From Candidatus Thorarchaeota archaeon (GTDB lineage: Archaea; Asgardarchaeota; Thorarchaeia; Thorarchaeales; Thorarchaeaceae), in the NCBI GenBank assembly GCA_048884965.1, contig JBHLQH010000005.1:96001-160000 (forward strand): 64,000 nucleotides of DNA, given 5' to 3'. The position numbers were made by a program, and so were the translations under genes. The notes below the pieces were generated by a model that had not been told where the DNA came from, ran no database searches, and saw nothing but the letters and a program-made list of their open reading frames with translations. Shown here piece after piece: positions 10,014-19,874 of the stretch. How positions within the stretch are numbered: position 1 is the stretch's first letter; each line of letters begins with the position of its first letter.

Positions 10014-10430
10014 CTAGGAAACCTTTCTCAGAACGACCCTTGATACACCCGGTATCTTCCTAAGGCTGTCCTCGAGCTCTTGCAGCGTTACAACAAGCTG
10101 GTCGGGAACGAAGTAGCACTCATAGAAGCATTTTTCGCCGCGTAGACATACGCCAGTTGTGAAAATGATATCACTCAACTTAGCGTCATTGAAGCTAAAG
10201 TTTAGCTGCTTGAGGAAATTGCGCGACAAGTCGCTAATTTCAATTCTGAGAAGATAGATATCATCCGATGCAACGGGGAATATTTTCATCACGCGATCTT
10301 TGTGATGCATTACGGTAAGTGCTGCTTTTTCTTTGATGTCGGCTACAAACTCCGCCGGGAACTCAACAGGCTCTCCTGGCCTGAAATGCAAAATGATTGC
10401 TGAGGTTGCACCCTCTCTGTCTGTCACCAT
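10014..10430 (-). CDS. Hypothetical protein with ACT-like C-terminal domain
   Basis: C-terminal 'LEDSLRKIPGVSRVVL' is typical of ACT/ferredoxin-like folds; ATG at 10430 (ORF open from 10496). Confidence 0.55.
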   Translation of the reverse strand: MVTDREGATSAIILHFRPGEPVEFPAEFVADIKEKAALTVMHHKDRVMKIFPVASDDIYLLRIEISDLSRNFLKQLNFSFNDAKLSDIIFTTGVCLRGEKCFYECYFVPDQLVVTLQELEDSLRKIPGVSRVVLRKVS

Positions 10431-10619
10431 CGCTATTAACGTCCTTTTAGTCCTTAGCGCCCATAAGGTCTGCTTTTCGATTTGTGTGTTTCTCACTAAT
10501 TAAGTTATTCTGTGGTTAATCGATTTTGAAACACACACATCCTCCTTACTTGCTATATACTTTCTCCGTTATGAAGTCTTGCACAATGTATTTTTGCACT
10601 GTTTTTACTGTACTCATAG

Positions 10620-11345
10620 GTGTCGGGATTGGGAAATGGTCGCTTATCACAGTTCGTTGGAGTGATGCTCATCTTTGTGTCTTTTGCCATGAGCTATATT
10701 GTAGTTCAAGCTACGCTTGAAATCGGTCCTCTTAGCTTGGAACTCATCGCGTCGGGATTGATAACATGGGGTATTCTTGCTCTTCCTGAGCTAGCGATTG
10801 GACTATGGCTCCTTATTCGAGGAGGCCATCAAGCGAAGCTCAAGGATGTTTCAGGAGCGTTAATCAAGCTGGTAGGTCGTGAAGGTCGAATCAGCGTCGC
10901 TGCAGCTGCCAAGGAACTTGATGTTGATCAAGATGTCATTGTGGATGCGGCTGAAGAACTATCTCGAAAGAAACTACCTTTAGTCTACCTGGATCGGAGG
11001 AGCTCTGACGTTGTCAGTCCTCGGGCTGTTGAGCTAAAGGAGAGCATTCTCCACCTTCTCTTCGCTCAGAGAAGATTGACGTTCAAGCAGATCAGTGATG
11101 TTACTGAATCCTCAGAAGAGGAGATTATAGAGGCATTGAAAGAGCTGTCCCGAGATGGGAAGTTTCGGGGAACGATCGATGAAAACTCGAAGGTGGTTTA
11201 TACTAAGGAAGCAGTGGAGGCACTACCTAAGGCAACAACTTCTTGTCCGAATTGTGGAGGAAAGCTGAAATCTCCAATACTACCTGGAGAAGAGGAAGTA
11301 TGTCCCTACTGTGGTCATATGATTACGAATAAGCTAAGATCATGA
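10620..11345 (+). CDS. Membrane protein with tandem winged-helix (PCI-like) domains and C-terminal Zn ribbon
   Basis: 2 TMs, two wHTH-like segments (e.g. GKFRGTIDENSKVVY), CPNCG...CPYCG. Confidence 0.7.
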   Translation: MSGLGNGRLSQFVGVMLIFVSFAMSYIVVQATLEIGPLSLELIASGLITWGILALPELAIGLWLLIRGGHQAKLKDVSGALIKLVGREGRISVAAAAKELDVDQDVIVDAAEELSRKKLPLVYLDRRSSDVVSPRAVELKESILHLLFAQRRLTFKQISDVTESSEEEIIEALKELSRDGKFRGTIDENSKVVYTKEAVEALPKATTSCPNCGGKLKSPILPGEEEVCPYCGHMITNKLRS

Positions 11346-12497
11346 ATGCCCGGAAAATATCTGCCACTCTGAAAGTACCTTGTCACCCACTACGACATAT
11401 GCTTTCCTAAACAGGTTATTGGTGAGGCATGCATGATTTGGAAGGATTCTTACTAGGTCACCAATTTTCATCTTGCTTACAATTGATTCGTGACTGAACG
11501 AAACTTTCCCATGTTCTTGAGAGAGTTCATCTATAGATGTATGCATATCGAGTTCGCTCTCTTCATAATCCCTGAATATCTTACCAAAACCGCACTTTGG
11601 TTCGATATGAGTCGGTCCCCTGTCCTTTGATAGTGCAGTAGCCCCTGCATCGATAGCGGCTCTTTCCCCATACTTGCCAACGATTCTCGCAATCACTGTA
11701 AGTGCACAGTCAGATATTCTACAAACACCTAGCTTTACCTGAGAATAATCATAGTAGACGTAGTTACCAGGACGGATTTCTGTAATCCCTGATCTAATCT
11801 CCTTAGCTAGTGCCATCGTTGGAGTTGAGCCAATACTAATAACTTCAGGATAATAGTTGTAATCATACTCTGAAAGGGTTCGGGCAAAAGATATCATAGA
11901 TTCTTGTTCTTGTTCAGCAACCCTTTCTATGCAGGATGGAGTATTGCACGAATATGAATTTCCCGCATGAGTTAGAAGACCTTTGAATTTTAGGTTCTCA
12001 GCTTCCACGACACTCCTCACAACGTCTACAGCATCGTGATTTGTTGGATCGACTCCGCATCTATGATACCCCATGTCAACTTTTACTAGAACCTCAATTT
12101 CTTGATTTGCATCTCCAGCCGCCTTACTGAATCTCTCAACCACACGATAATCATCCACAATTGCTTTCATTAACTTCTTGTCATTAAGTTCGATGAAACG
12201 CGAGAATTTTGAATCATCTATTGGCACAGCGTACGTGATATCAAAGAAACCCTTGTTTGAAAAATCCTCGGCTTCTCTCAAAGTTGAAACTGTGATTCCC
12301 TTAATTCCATATTTTTCTTGAATTCTAGCGATTTCAAGACACTTGTGAGTCTTGATATGAGGTCTCAATGATACATTGTTCGCCTTTGCCTTCTTTGCCA
12401 TTGAAACAACATTTGCCTCTAATTTTCGCTTATCTATAATTAGTGCTGGAGTTCTGATATCACTAATTTCCATATTATAGTGAAAAACGAAGTACAA
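11340..12497 (-). CDS. D-serine dehydratase / D-threonine aldolase family PLP enzyme
   Basis: RPHIKTHK, GYHRCGV, GSTPT, EIRPGNY, SQEHG, PNHAC. Confidence 0.9.
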   Translation of the reverse strand: MYFVFHYNMEISDIRTPALIIDKRKLEANVVSMAKKAKANNVSLRPHIKTHKCLEIARIQEKYGIKGITVSTLREAEDFSNKGFFDITYAVPIDDSKFSRFIELNDKKLMKAIVDDYRVVERFSKAAGDANQEIEVLVKVDMGYHRCGVDPTNHDAVDVVRSVVEAENLKFKGLLTHAGNSYSCNTPSCIERVAEQEQESMISFARTLSEYDYNYYPEVISIGSTPTMALAKEIRSGITEIRPGNYVYYDYSQVKLGVCRISDCALTVIARIVGKYGERAAIDAGATALSKDRGPTHIEPKCGFGKIFRDYEESELDMHTSIDELSQEHGKVSFSHESIVSKMKIGDLVRILPNHACLTNNLFRKAYVVVGDKVLSEWQIFSGHS

Positions 12498-12523
12498 GAT
12501 ATAGTATTTGAATTAGAAAAAGT

Positions 12524-13657
12524 CTATTTATCTAGCACCTTTGTAACCATGAAATCGTAGTCGGTTATCCAACCATTTCTCTCATCACTAAATGCTTCAG
12601 GCCAAACATTGAAGACTTTTGAACTTGAATAATCAGCAAGAAATACCGAAACATGGTTGAGATTGGAATAAAGATTCGAGAGTAAATTCGAAAGGTGCGC
12701 TGATTGAAGTCGTAGGAACCAGAACATGTGATTTTCTACAATCCGAAGTGTTGAGAAGAATGGGAACGGATTCGTAATAAGCTGGGTACGTAGGTCGCTC
12801 AGATATTGCTTGGACCCCTCAGCTGATACAATTACCGATGTATAGACATCAAAAATGGTTGGGTCGAAATTGGTTCTGAAGCCATTGAAACAGTCCTTCT
12901 GAATCATTTTGTATCTCCTACTAAATGTCTGAGGTGTTATCTCTATACCTTTCTCGTTCAGAGATTTGATTATGTCCAAATTCTTTCGTCTTGCACCTCC
13001 CATGACCTCATTGATAATATGAACATCTTTCTTGGTTAGCCATTCCAACGCCATACAAGGTTTTCTTTCTTCTTGCTCCCGCGGATTCTTCTTAGTCTTA
13101 AACTTGAACCATTTATCCATGTTAAAGTCCCAGGTCATCTTTGCAGAATCCCATCCCTTCACGGAAAGATTACTGTATACAGAACGTGAATTATCTCTGG
13201 GCAATATGGAATATTCTGAGATTGTATTCCTTTCCTGCATAATGTTAAGCAATTCCCTAATGAGATCCACTGTGCCTATTGGTGTTCTGAATTGCATATA
13301 GAGTCCGTTATATTTACCAAAGCAACGCACAGAATATTGAGTATATGGATGTTTGTCAGCTATTTTCTCCATACTTCTCATGTTGTCGATATTTGCGGTT
13401 TCAATCATAACACCAAAGAATTCTAGTCCAATAGCTTGATTATCGATAATTGGGGCTGTCGTAAAGTACCTTCCTTCTGGATGATGCTGAGCTGTTTCAG
13501 AGGGCTGCACCCCCTCCAAGAGTTTCATCCTTTTTGCAACTGTGGGTTTAGAGATGCCTGTTCTATTCGACAGCTCGTCTATTGTTGCCAATGGCTTCTC
13601 TTGAACTGCAATGAGCAATGTCAAGATATCATCCGAGAGTTTGTTGAATGTACTCAC
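12524..13657 (-). CDS. Tandem Lrp/AsnC-like winged-helix transcriptional regulator
   Basis: N-terminal HTH (ELSNRTGISKPTVAKRM) and second HTH (ITPQTFSRRY). Confidence 0.7.
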   Translation of the reverse strand: MSTFNKLSDDILTLLIAVQEKPLATIDELSNRTGISKPTVAKRMKLLEGVQPSETAQHHPEGRYFTTAPIIDNQAIGLEFFGVMIETANIDNMRSMEKIADKHPYTQYSVRCFGKYNGLYMQFRTPIGTVDLIRELLNIMQERNTISEYSILPRDNSRSVYSNLSVKGWDSAKMTWDFNMDKWFKFKTKKNPREQEERKPCMALEWLTKKDVHIINEVMGGARRKNLDIIKSLNEKGIEITPQTFSRRYKMIQKDCFNGFRTNFDPTIFDVYTSVIVSAEGSKQYLSDLRTQLITNPFPFFSTLRIVENHMFWFLRLQSAHLSNLLSNLYSNLNHVSVFLADYSSSKVFNVWPEAFSDERNGWITDYDFMVTKVLDK

Positions 13658-13663
13658 CGCCTT

Positions 13664-14155
13664 CTAATAGATCGCATCAGGAAGCTCTACAATCCATGTG
13701 TCAATCTCAGGAGGAAGTCCCGGTGCCCCCTCTGGAGGATCAAAGTCGATCTCATCAAATCCTGAGTCTAACTCCGAGGAATAGGAATATGCATATACGG
13801 AATATTTGTACCAACCTGATTCCGTTGCAGCATTGAACCAATACTGCGTCACAACACATCCTTCACTAGTGACAATTGCACATTCATAGACGTAGCTAAC
13901 TCCTGATGGTAATGTCAATGTACAGTATAGCTCAATGACATAATCAGTAAGATTATCGCTATTAGGAAGTATGATTTCATAGACAACGACAATATCGTCT
14001 TCCATACCATCATCGTCAAGATTCGCATAGTATGCTTGGTCCATTAGCACAATGATTCCGTTCCCTGCATCGGCAGATGTAGGTGCAAATGACGCAATTG
14101 AAATGAGCAATATCGCCAGTAGTAGATATTTCGCGCCCCTTGGCATCCCGTTCAC
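13664..14155 (-). CDS. Secreted acidic hypothetical protein
   Basis: Signal peptide; NLDDDGMEDD Ca-loop-like motif; beta-rich. Confidence 0.65.
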   Translation of the reverse strand: MNGMPRGAKYLLLAILLISIASFAPTSADAGNGIIVLMDQAYYANLDDDGMEDDIVVVYEIILPNSDNLTDYVIELYCTLTLPSGVSYVYECAIVTSEGCVVTQYWFNAATESGWYKYSVYAYSYSSELDSGFDEIDFDPPEGAPGLPPEIDTWIVELPDAIY

Positions 14156-14258
14156 CTATTTGAGAGAATCAACAAGATTGTATATATCCTTTCTGAGAAT
14201 TCTCTCATGGTATTAAGGTAAACATACTTAAATAGAAATTTCGTTTTTATCTCATATT

Positions 14259-14275
14259 ACGTTTCTAAGAAACGT
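14259..14275. promoter_or_regulatory. Palindromic operator-like site
   Basis: ACGTTTCT-A-AGAAACGT, perfect 8-bp arms, in AT-rich intergenic region. Confidence 0.4.
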
Positions 14276-14441
14276 GACGCACGCGATGTTGCCTGGATGG
14301 GGTCTATGGGGTGCAATCCGGAGATGGTTTCGGTCTATATCTCTCTAGCAGAATCATTATTGCATATAATGGAACGATAGGACTGCATGAATCCCAGAAA
14401 GGATCAGGAGCATGTTTCTTGATTGAGCTGCCACTTTAACA

Positions 14442-15875
14442 TCAGGTAATTCCTTTTTGACTCCCCTTTATCCTTCTTCGCAGCCTAAGACGAATCTCAT
14501 TCATTTTCATTGATGCCTTTGTTTTGGATGGCCAGAATTGTTGGATTTCCTGAAATCCCATCACGTCGAAGTATAAGGGACACGCACCATTGCAATAATC
14601 GAAATGCTGACATTCCCTGCACCCCTCTGAAGCGTATTCTTTCTCTCTCCAGAACAATGAGGCTCTGTTGTACCATACTTTCTTGAATCCATCAGTCAAG
14701 ATATTTCCTACTGGCTTGCTAAAACTAGAGCAAGGTAAAACTCCTCCTTCAGGATCAATAGAGATCAACCCGTCGCACGCGGCGCACATCTTAGCTCCTA
14801 GCCCATGAGCTATTGGATTGAATAGACATACAGGTGTAGGAGCATACCACACAAATTGGATTTGTTTCTTCTTTGCTCGCTTCTGAATCCGTTTCACAAT
14901 TTCCCCAATCTCAGAGAAGGTTATCTGAAGCTCGTTCCTCATCTTAGCAGCGCTGCCAGTGTAAATGACCATATTCATACTAAAATACGACAGGCCCAAG
15001 ACATCTGCGTGAAAATCAACTAGTTCTTCAAGTCTGTCAACGTTTGGACGACAGATTGTCGTGTTGCAATGAGTATAGATTTCAGTTTCCCGAAGATTCC
15101 TGATTCCCTGCACAGTTCTATCAAATGCTCCGCTAGTTCCAACAATAAAGTCATGAGTTGCAGCATCAGGTCCCTCGATGGAAACTTGTGCGCTATTGAG
15201 GTCTGCAGCAGCTAGATTCTCAACAAATTTCTTGTCACTGCAAAGCACACCATTTGTGATCAAGTTCATTCGAAGTCCTTTCTCCCTGCCATACTCAATG
15301 AGTTCAAAGATGTCCTTTCGTAGAGTAGGTTCCCCTCCTGTGAAGGATAAGCTCGGGACTTTTGCATCATTGACCAAGATATCGATGACTCTTTTCACCT
15401 CATCTGTCGACAGCTCACCTGAGTCACGATATGGAGAGAAGGCATAGCAGAATCTGCATTTGTTATTACATCGATATGTGAGCGCAATCTCACTAAGGAC
15501 TGGATATTTGATATCTCCTGTTCCAAACGGTAGTATCTTTGCTGTCTGATATGAATAGATGTTTTGATTTCCTGATACAATATTGCGTAAGTCATCGACA
15601 AATGCTGCGAGGTCATTCAGAACCTTCTGATTGTCAACCTCAAATTTAGTTGTGAGTTGCTTCACGACTCCTTCAGGAGTTTCTTCTGCCAATAGCAATT
15701 GCAACATGGTTCTTGCAGTTGCATTGAGATGCATTACTTTGTTGGGACGGAGTATGAGAAGGTTGTCCTCAGGTCGAACAAAGAAATAATCCCTTATCTC
15801 TCTCATGAACTTAGGTACCCATTTTAGATCATCAAAGGTATAATCGTAGTTCTTAGGATAATTTAAGGAGGACAT
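14442..15875 (-). CDS. PqqD/RRE-fused radical SAM/SPASM peptide-modifying enzyme
   Basis: N-terminal RRE-like LNATA...LTTKFEVD...DLAAFVDDL; CNNKCRFC; FTGGEP; SPASM CAAC...LPC...CRECQHFDYCNGAC; probable ATG at 15875 (ORF open from 15926). Confidence 0.92.
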   Translation of the reverse strand: MSSLNYPKNYDYTFDDLKWVPKFMREIRDYFFVRPEDNLLILRPNKVMHLNATARTMLQLLLAEETPEGVVKQLTTKFEVDNQKVLNDLAAFVDDLRNIVSGNQNIYSYQTAKILPFGTGDIKYPVLSEIALTYRCNNKCRFCYAFSPYRDSGELSTDEVKRVIDILVNDAKVPSLSFTGGEPTLRKDIFELIEYGREKGLRMNLITNGVLCSDKKFVENLAAADLNSAQVSIEGPDAATHDFIVGTSGAFDRTVQGIRNLRETEIYTHCNTTICRPNVDRLEELVDFHADVLGLSYFSMNMVIYTGSAAKMRNELQITFSEIGEIVKRIQKRAKKKQIQFVWYAPTPVCLFNPIAHGLGAKMCAACDGLISIDPEGGVLPCSSFSKPVGNILTDGFKKVWYNRASLFWREKEYASEGCRECQHFDYCNGACPLYFDVMGFQEIQQFWPSKTKASMKMNEIRLRLRRRIKGSQKGIT

Positions 15876-15985
15876 TAAGCCACATCTAGAATACATAGTA
15901 ATTAAGGCTTGGTTCGATTTCAGCATCTGAAAGGCTTATCAAGCTAGATTGATGACTATTGATAACGCTTGGTGGAGAATTTAGT

Positions 15986-16384
15986 ATGAGCGCGAAGGAA
16001 ACCAAACTACCTTACGGAATCATCAAGGATAAGAAACTGATAATGCACTTTAGCGCATACGACATGGATCTTCCTGTCATTGCGGCTGGAATTCGAGAGC
16101 GTTTCGATGTTCTAAAAGAACTAGATGTTGCATTCTCAGGATTTGGAACAGAAGTCCCAGAAAAGATGACTGATCAGACCCCCGCGGTTGTAAAAGCCTT
16201 CTTTGAATATGTTGGGAAGGAGTCAGAGGCTGATGTTATCCTGAAGCGTGTCTATCATCTCATCTGGGGTGGTATGATTCAAGAATTCCCAGACCTACTT
16301 GATTGGGCGACTGCAAAGGGTGATCTATCAAGTCTAACTCATGCGCAAGCTGATATCATCAGGGCACGAAAAGGTGAGGAGTAG
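15986..16384 (+). CDS. Hypothetical protein upstream of the Cys/His-tail membrane protein
   Basis: GGTGGAG SD, about 132 aa, 29 bp before the next gene. Confidence 0.7.
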   Translation: MSAKETKLPYGIIKDKKLIMHFSAYDMDLPVIAAGIRERFDVLKELDVAFSGFGTEVPEKMTDQTPAVVKAFFEYVGKESEADVILKRVYHLIWGGMIQEFPDLLDWATAKGDLSSLTHAQADIIRARKGEE

Positions 16385-16413
16385 ATAGCTCCTATCATAT
16401 CATTGGACGAACA

Positions 16414-18591
16414 TTGGAGATGGGTCCCAATTTGAAGAGAACTCACCGAAGCATTGTCTGTCTTTTCATTGTTGCACTAACAATGATGCCAAGCATTACA
16501 TTTGCGACCGTACTAGCTCAGGCTGCTGAAGTGAACATTGATAGCGTTCGTGTTGAGGTGATTGTCCTACCGAATGGGAGGATCAATGTCACCTACTGGA
16601 TGGAATTCACTGTAAAGAGTGGGTCTCTAGGTGGATTCGACCTATCAGGTATCCAAGAGAGTTCAATCTATGATCCTGCCCGTGCCTATGCAGATTATGA
16701 TGGCACTCACTATCCTTTGGTTATTACACCTTTGGCAAATGGATATGGGCTTGACTGGACTCCTCGAACCCAAGAGGATGAATCCGTCCTCATTGTTTTT
16801 GGATACTTCAGTACTAACAGAATCATCGAAAAAACGACCGCAACTGTCACTCTTGAGGGATCAGGATCTACTGTCACTGGGGATTTTGGCGTTTTTAATT
16901 GGGCTCCTGTGCAATGGGAACAAGAGATAGGATATGAGAGTATCCGCGTTGTCTATCCTATTATAATGGACCCCTCATGGATTACAGGAGAGGGTGGTAT
17001 TACACCAGATGGAGCCGATTATGCAGGTTATGTTGTTGATTCTAGACAAGCTATTGAGGATTCTAACGGGAACTCTTGGGAGTATGATGAAGAGAACCTT
17101 TTGGCTTATCCTTCCTCCGCCAGTGCTTCACCTCGCAACTTTAGTCTAAGTCTTAGATCCAACATCGTTCTCGCATATGACCACTTGCGGGTATTCCACT
17201 ATACTAATTGGAGTTTCTATGAGCCCTTTCTTCAACCTGGCGCATTGTGGTACAGTACTGAAGGATACATGAATGTGGATGCTGAAATCGAATTCGATGC
17301 TAGTATAGCTGTAATAAACATCGGTGATGGCGAACTCGAAGATGTTACTGTTACAATGTCAGTTCCAGAGAATCTTACTTTGACTTCCGGGTCGACATCA
17401 TACTATATTGGACTGCTGGATGGAGGAGAATATGTAACAGTAGAGTATTCTTTCATTCCAGCAAATACTCCTCAAGTACTGACACTATCCTTCTTAGTAT
17501 CCTCATCCGATTTGAATCAATCCCAATGGGTGACATTTACTTTAAGCATCTACGTAAGGGAATTCATCCCTCCCTTGATTCCACCTTCTTACCTCATATT
17601 TGGATTCGTAGGACTATGCGTGTTAGGAGTAGTCTATATCACTTATCGGAGGGTGACCCGACGATATGGAGCAACATGGGAGATAGATGAAACAACGAGT
17701 GTCTATGAGAGTCCTGAGATAGGTATACAGACATTTGGCGAGCCTGGGACGGTCGCAGAACTGGATCCTATCGAGTCTGCTTTCTTTGTCAGTGCAAGTC
17801 GACAAAAGGTAGTATCTATGATTCTAATGTCGTGTGTCCGAAAGGGAGCTGTTCGAATAATCTCAAGCGATCCATTGAAGCTGGTTGATACAGGAATCGA
17901 ATTCGAAGATTTAACCTACTATGAACGGAAGTTCGTCGACGCAATAAGGGATAACCAACTGGACCCTGACAAGTTGGATGACATGCTTGAGGAATTAGCA
18001 GAGAAGGTCCAAGAGAAATCATGGAATGCCGATTTCGATGCTACTCGCGCACACCATGATGAGATGGTCGACGGTGCTTGGAACGAGTTGGAATCCCAGC
18101 CAACCTTGGACGGTCGGACTGATTATTACTTCAATCAGCAATATCACGGAGGATGGGCTTGGTACTGGCTCTATATGCATCCCCATCATGACCGTGATCT
18201 TCCACGTACATTCACCCCTCCTGGTGGAACTATAGCAGCACCTCGTATCCCAGACTGGTTCAGTCAGATGGCGGAAGCTACGGGCAACGTTGTCACAGAA
18301 ACTGGGCGCGTTATCGGAGATATTGGGGCAACAACTGCAAAAATAATGGGGAATGTAGCGAATACAATTGGTACCGTCTTCACTAATGTCGGTGAAATCG
18401 TACGAGCTCCTTTGAAGCCAATTCTTGAAGGCACAAGTCGCTGTGTATCACATGATGCGTGTCACTCAGCATGTGTTTCGCATGATGCATGTCACTCCGC
18501 ATGTCATAGCGCATGTCATAGTGCGTGTGTATGCCACAGTGCATGTCACTCCGCATGTCATAGCGCGTGTGTTTCCGGAGGATTCAGATAG
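16414..18591 (+). CDS. Single-pass membrane protein (DUF2207-like plus Ig-like ectodomain) with C-terminal Cys/His repeat tail; candidate radical SAM substrate
   Basis: Signal peptide, beta-rich ectodomain, TM YLIFGFVGLCVLGVVYITYRR, cytoplasmic domain, (CHSA)n tail ending CVSGGFR. Confidence 0.85.
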   Translation: MEMGPNLKRTHRSIVCLFIVALTMMPSITFATVLAQAAEVNIDSVRVEVIVLPNGRINVTYWMEFTVKSGSLGGFDLSGIQESSIYDPARAYADYDGTHYPLVITPLANGYGLDWTPRTQEDESVLIVFGYFSTNRIIEKTTATVTLEGSGSTVTGDFGVFNWAPVQWEQEIGYESIRVVYPIIMDPSWITGEGGITPDGADYAGYVVDSRQAIEDSNGNSWEYDEENLLAYPSSASASPRNFSLSLRSNIVLAYDHLRVFHYTNWSFYEPFLQPGALWYSTEGYMNVDAEIEFDASIAVINIGDGELEDVTVTMSVPENLTLTSGSTSYYIGLLDGGEYVTVEYSFIPANTPQVLTLSFLVSSSDLNQSQWVTFTLSIYVREFIPPLIPPSYLIFGFVGLCVLGVVYITYRRVTRRYGATWEIDETTSVYESPEIGIQTFGEPGTVAELDPIESAFFVSASRQKVVSMILMSCVRKGAVRIISSDPLKLVDTGIEFEDLTYYERKFVDAIRDNQLDPDKLDDMLEELAEKVQEKSWNADFDATRAHHDEMVDGAWNELESQPTLDGRTDYYFNQQYHGGWAWYWLYMHPHHDRDLPRTFTPPGGTIAAPRIPDWFSQMAEATGNVVTETGRVIGDIGATTAKIMGNVANTIGTVFTNVGEIVRAPLKPILEGTSRCVSHDACHSACVSHDACHSACHSACHSACVCHSACHSACHSACVSGGFR
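18442..18588 (+). repeat. Coding repeat: 7x CHSA and 2x CVSHDA
   Basis: 49 aa with 11 Cys and 9 His; synonymous codons differ between units. Confidence 0.95.
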
Positions 18592-18646
18592 AAGTACCGG
18601 AGCCGACACCTTCTTAGCCCCCTTTTTTTCCAGTTTCATGATTACG

Positions 18647-19867
18647 ATGGACCCCATCGAAAGCTTCGTACAAATCTGCGGTGAGGTTGGCCACTTCACA
18701 GAACGCATTACAGGCGTCAATCTTGTTGATGCCTACATGGGACCTGAGGAGCTCGCTCCTCACAAACAGAGGACAGATTCAAACGCTCAGACTCTCTTTT
18801 CGAAGCTCGATTATCTCATCGACAATATTGAGGATAATATAGAGGAGGATCTGAGAAGAAGGTACTTGCTTGGGGAAGTAGATTCCCTAATTGCTGCAGT
18901 TAGAGTCTTCTCAGGTGAGCCAATGAGCTACGCTGATGCAGTCGAAAGCATGTTTCATATTCCAATGCGAGGTTTTCCTGAAAGGGAAATACAACACTGG
19001 ATTGACATTGTTGAGGACTTACTCTCAAATGCTCCTGGTGGTACTCTTCTTGAAAAGGTGGATTTGTTCTCAAAGGAAGGAGAAGTGACCGGGGATCAAC
19101 TTCGTAATCTAATCATGAACGACCTCCAAAAGAAGTCACAAGAAGTAGGATTGCTATTTCGGGATCGCATCTATTCTATCATGGGACAAAGTGTCAAAGA
19201 TAACGGTGTAGAGTACAAATGCGTATTGGATAAACCGTGGAGTGGATACAACTGGTATCAGGGTGGATTCAAATCTCTCAATGAATTCAACATTGAGCGA
19301 CCTTTCAATCGTGATTCCTTGAAGGCTGTCATTTATCACGAGTATGAGCACCATGTATCCAATCTATGGCGCGAACAGGTCTATCTCGAAACAGGTAATT
19401 TGGAACTATCCATCGTCCCACTACATACTGGTAGGTGTGTGATTTCTGAAGGGACTGCAGATACAGCAAAGGAATTCTTGGATATAGGACTAGACGATGA
19501 TCGTACTAGTGTAATTGATGCTCTCTATATACTTCGCAGAATGACAAGTATCAATGCGGCAATCATGCTTAACAGCGAAAACAAGAGCATTGACAAGGCA
19601 GTAGAATATCTCATGGAATATGGTCTAAGAGATGAGGTTTCTGCACGAGGCTCAATTGGATTCATTCAACCCAGACAATCTGATGGACGACCGAACTTCT
19701 TTGCACCATATGTCTTTACATACTACTTTGGTAGGACTGACTTTGTACGTCCAACATTCCTGAAGGCGAAGAAAGAGAACCAGCTTGTGGAGTTCTATCG
19801 CACAGTGTATCTCAATCAATACTCAGGTTCAAGTCTTACTTGGAAGGAAGCTTTTGAGTGGTTGTGA
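18647..19867 (+). CDS. DUF885-like HEXXH zinc metallopeptidase
   Basis: VDAYMGP N-terminal motif, WSGYNWYQG, YHEYEHH, ISEGTAD, YVFTY; start placed at ATG 18647. Confidence 0.7.
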   Translation: MDPIESFVQICGEVGHFTERITGVNLVDAYMGPEELAPHKQRTDSNAQTLFSKLDYLIDNIEDNIEEDLRRRYLLGEVDSLIAAVRVFSGEPMSYADAVESMFHIPMRGFPEREIQHWIDIVEDLLSNAPGGTLLEKVDLFSKEGEVTGDQLRNLIMNDLQKKSQEVGLLFRDRIYSIMGQSVKDNGVEYKCVLDKPWSGYNWYQGGFKSLNEFNIERPFNRDSLKAVIYHEYEHHVSNLWREQVYLETGNLELSIVPLHTGRCVISEGTADTAKEFLDIGLDDDRTSVIDALYILRRMTSINAAIMLNSENKSIDKAVEYLMEYGLRDEVSARGSIGFIQPRQSDGRPNFFAPYVFTYYFGRTDFVRPTFLKAKKENQLVEFYRTVYLNQYSGSSLTWKEAFEWL

Positions 19868-19874
19868 TATATTC

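Noticed and set aside
18442-18588. CHSA repeat as a multiheme cytochrome or CRISPR-like array
   Set aside because: The spacing is CxxxCH rather than canonical CxxCH, and the tail is predicted cytoplasmic; 12-bp degenerate units without spacers are not CRISPR
18425-18646. N-terminal extension of the 480-aa ORF (HVTPHVIAHV...) and the antisense ORF 18466-18720
   Set aside because: Alternative-frame readings of the CHSA repeat; the plausible start is ATG 18647
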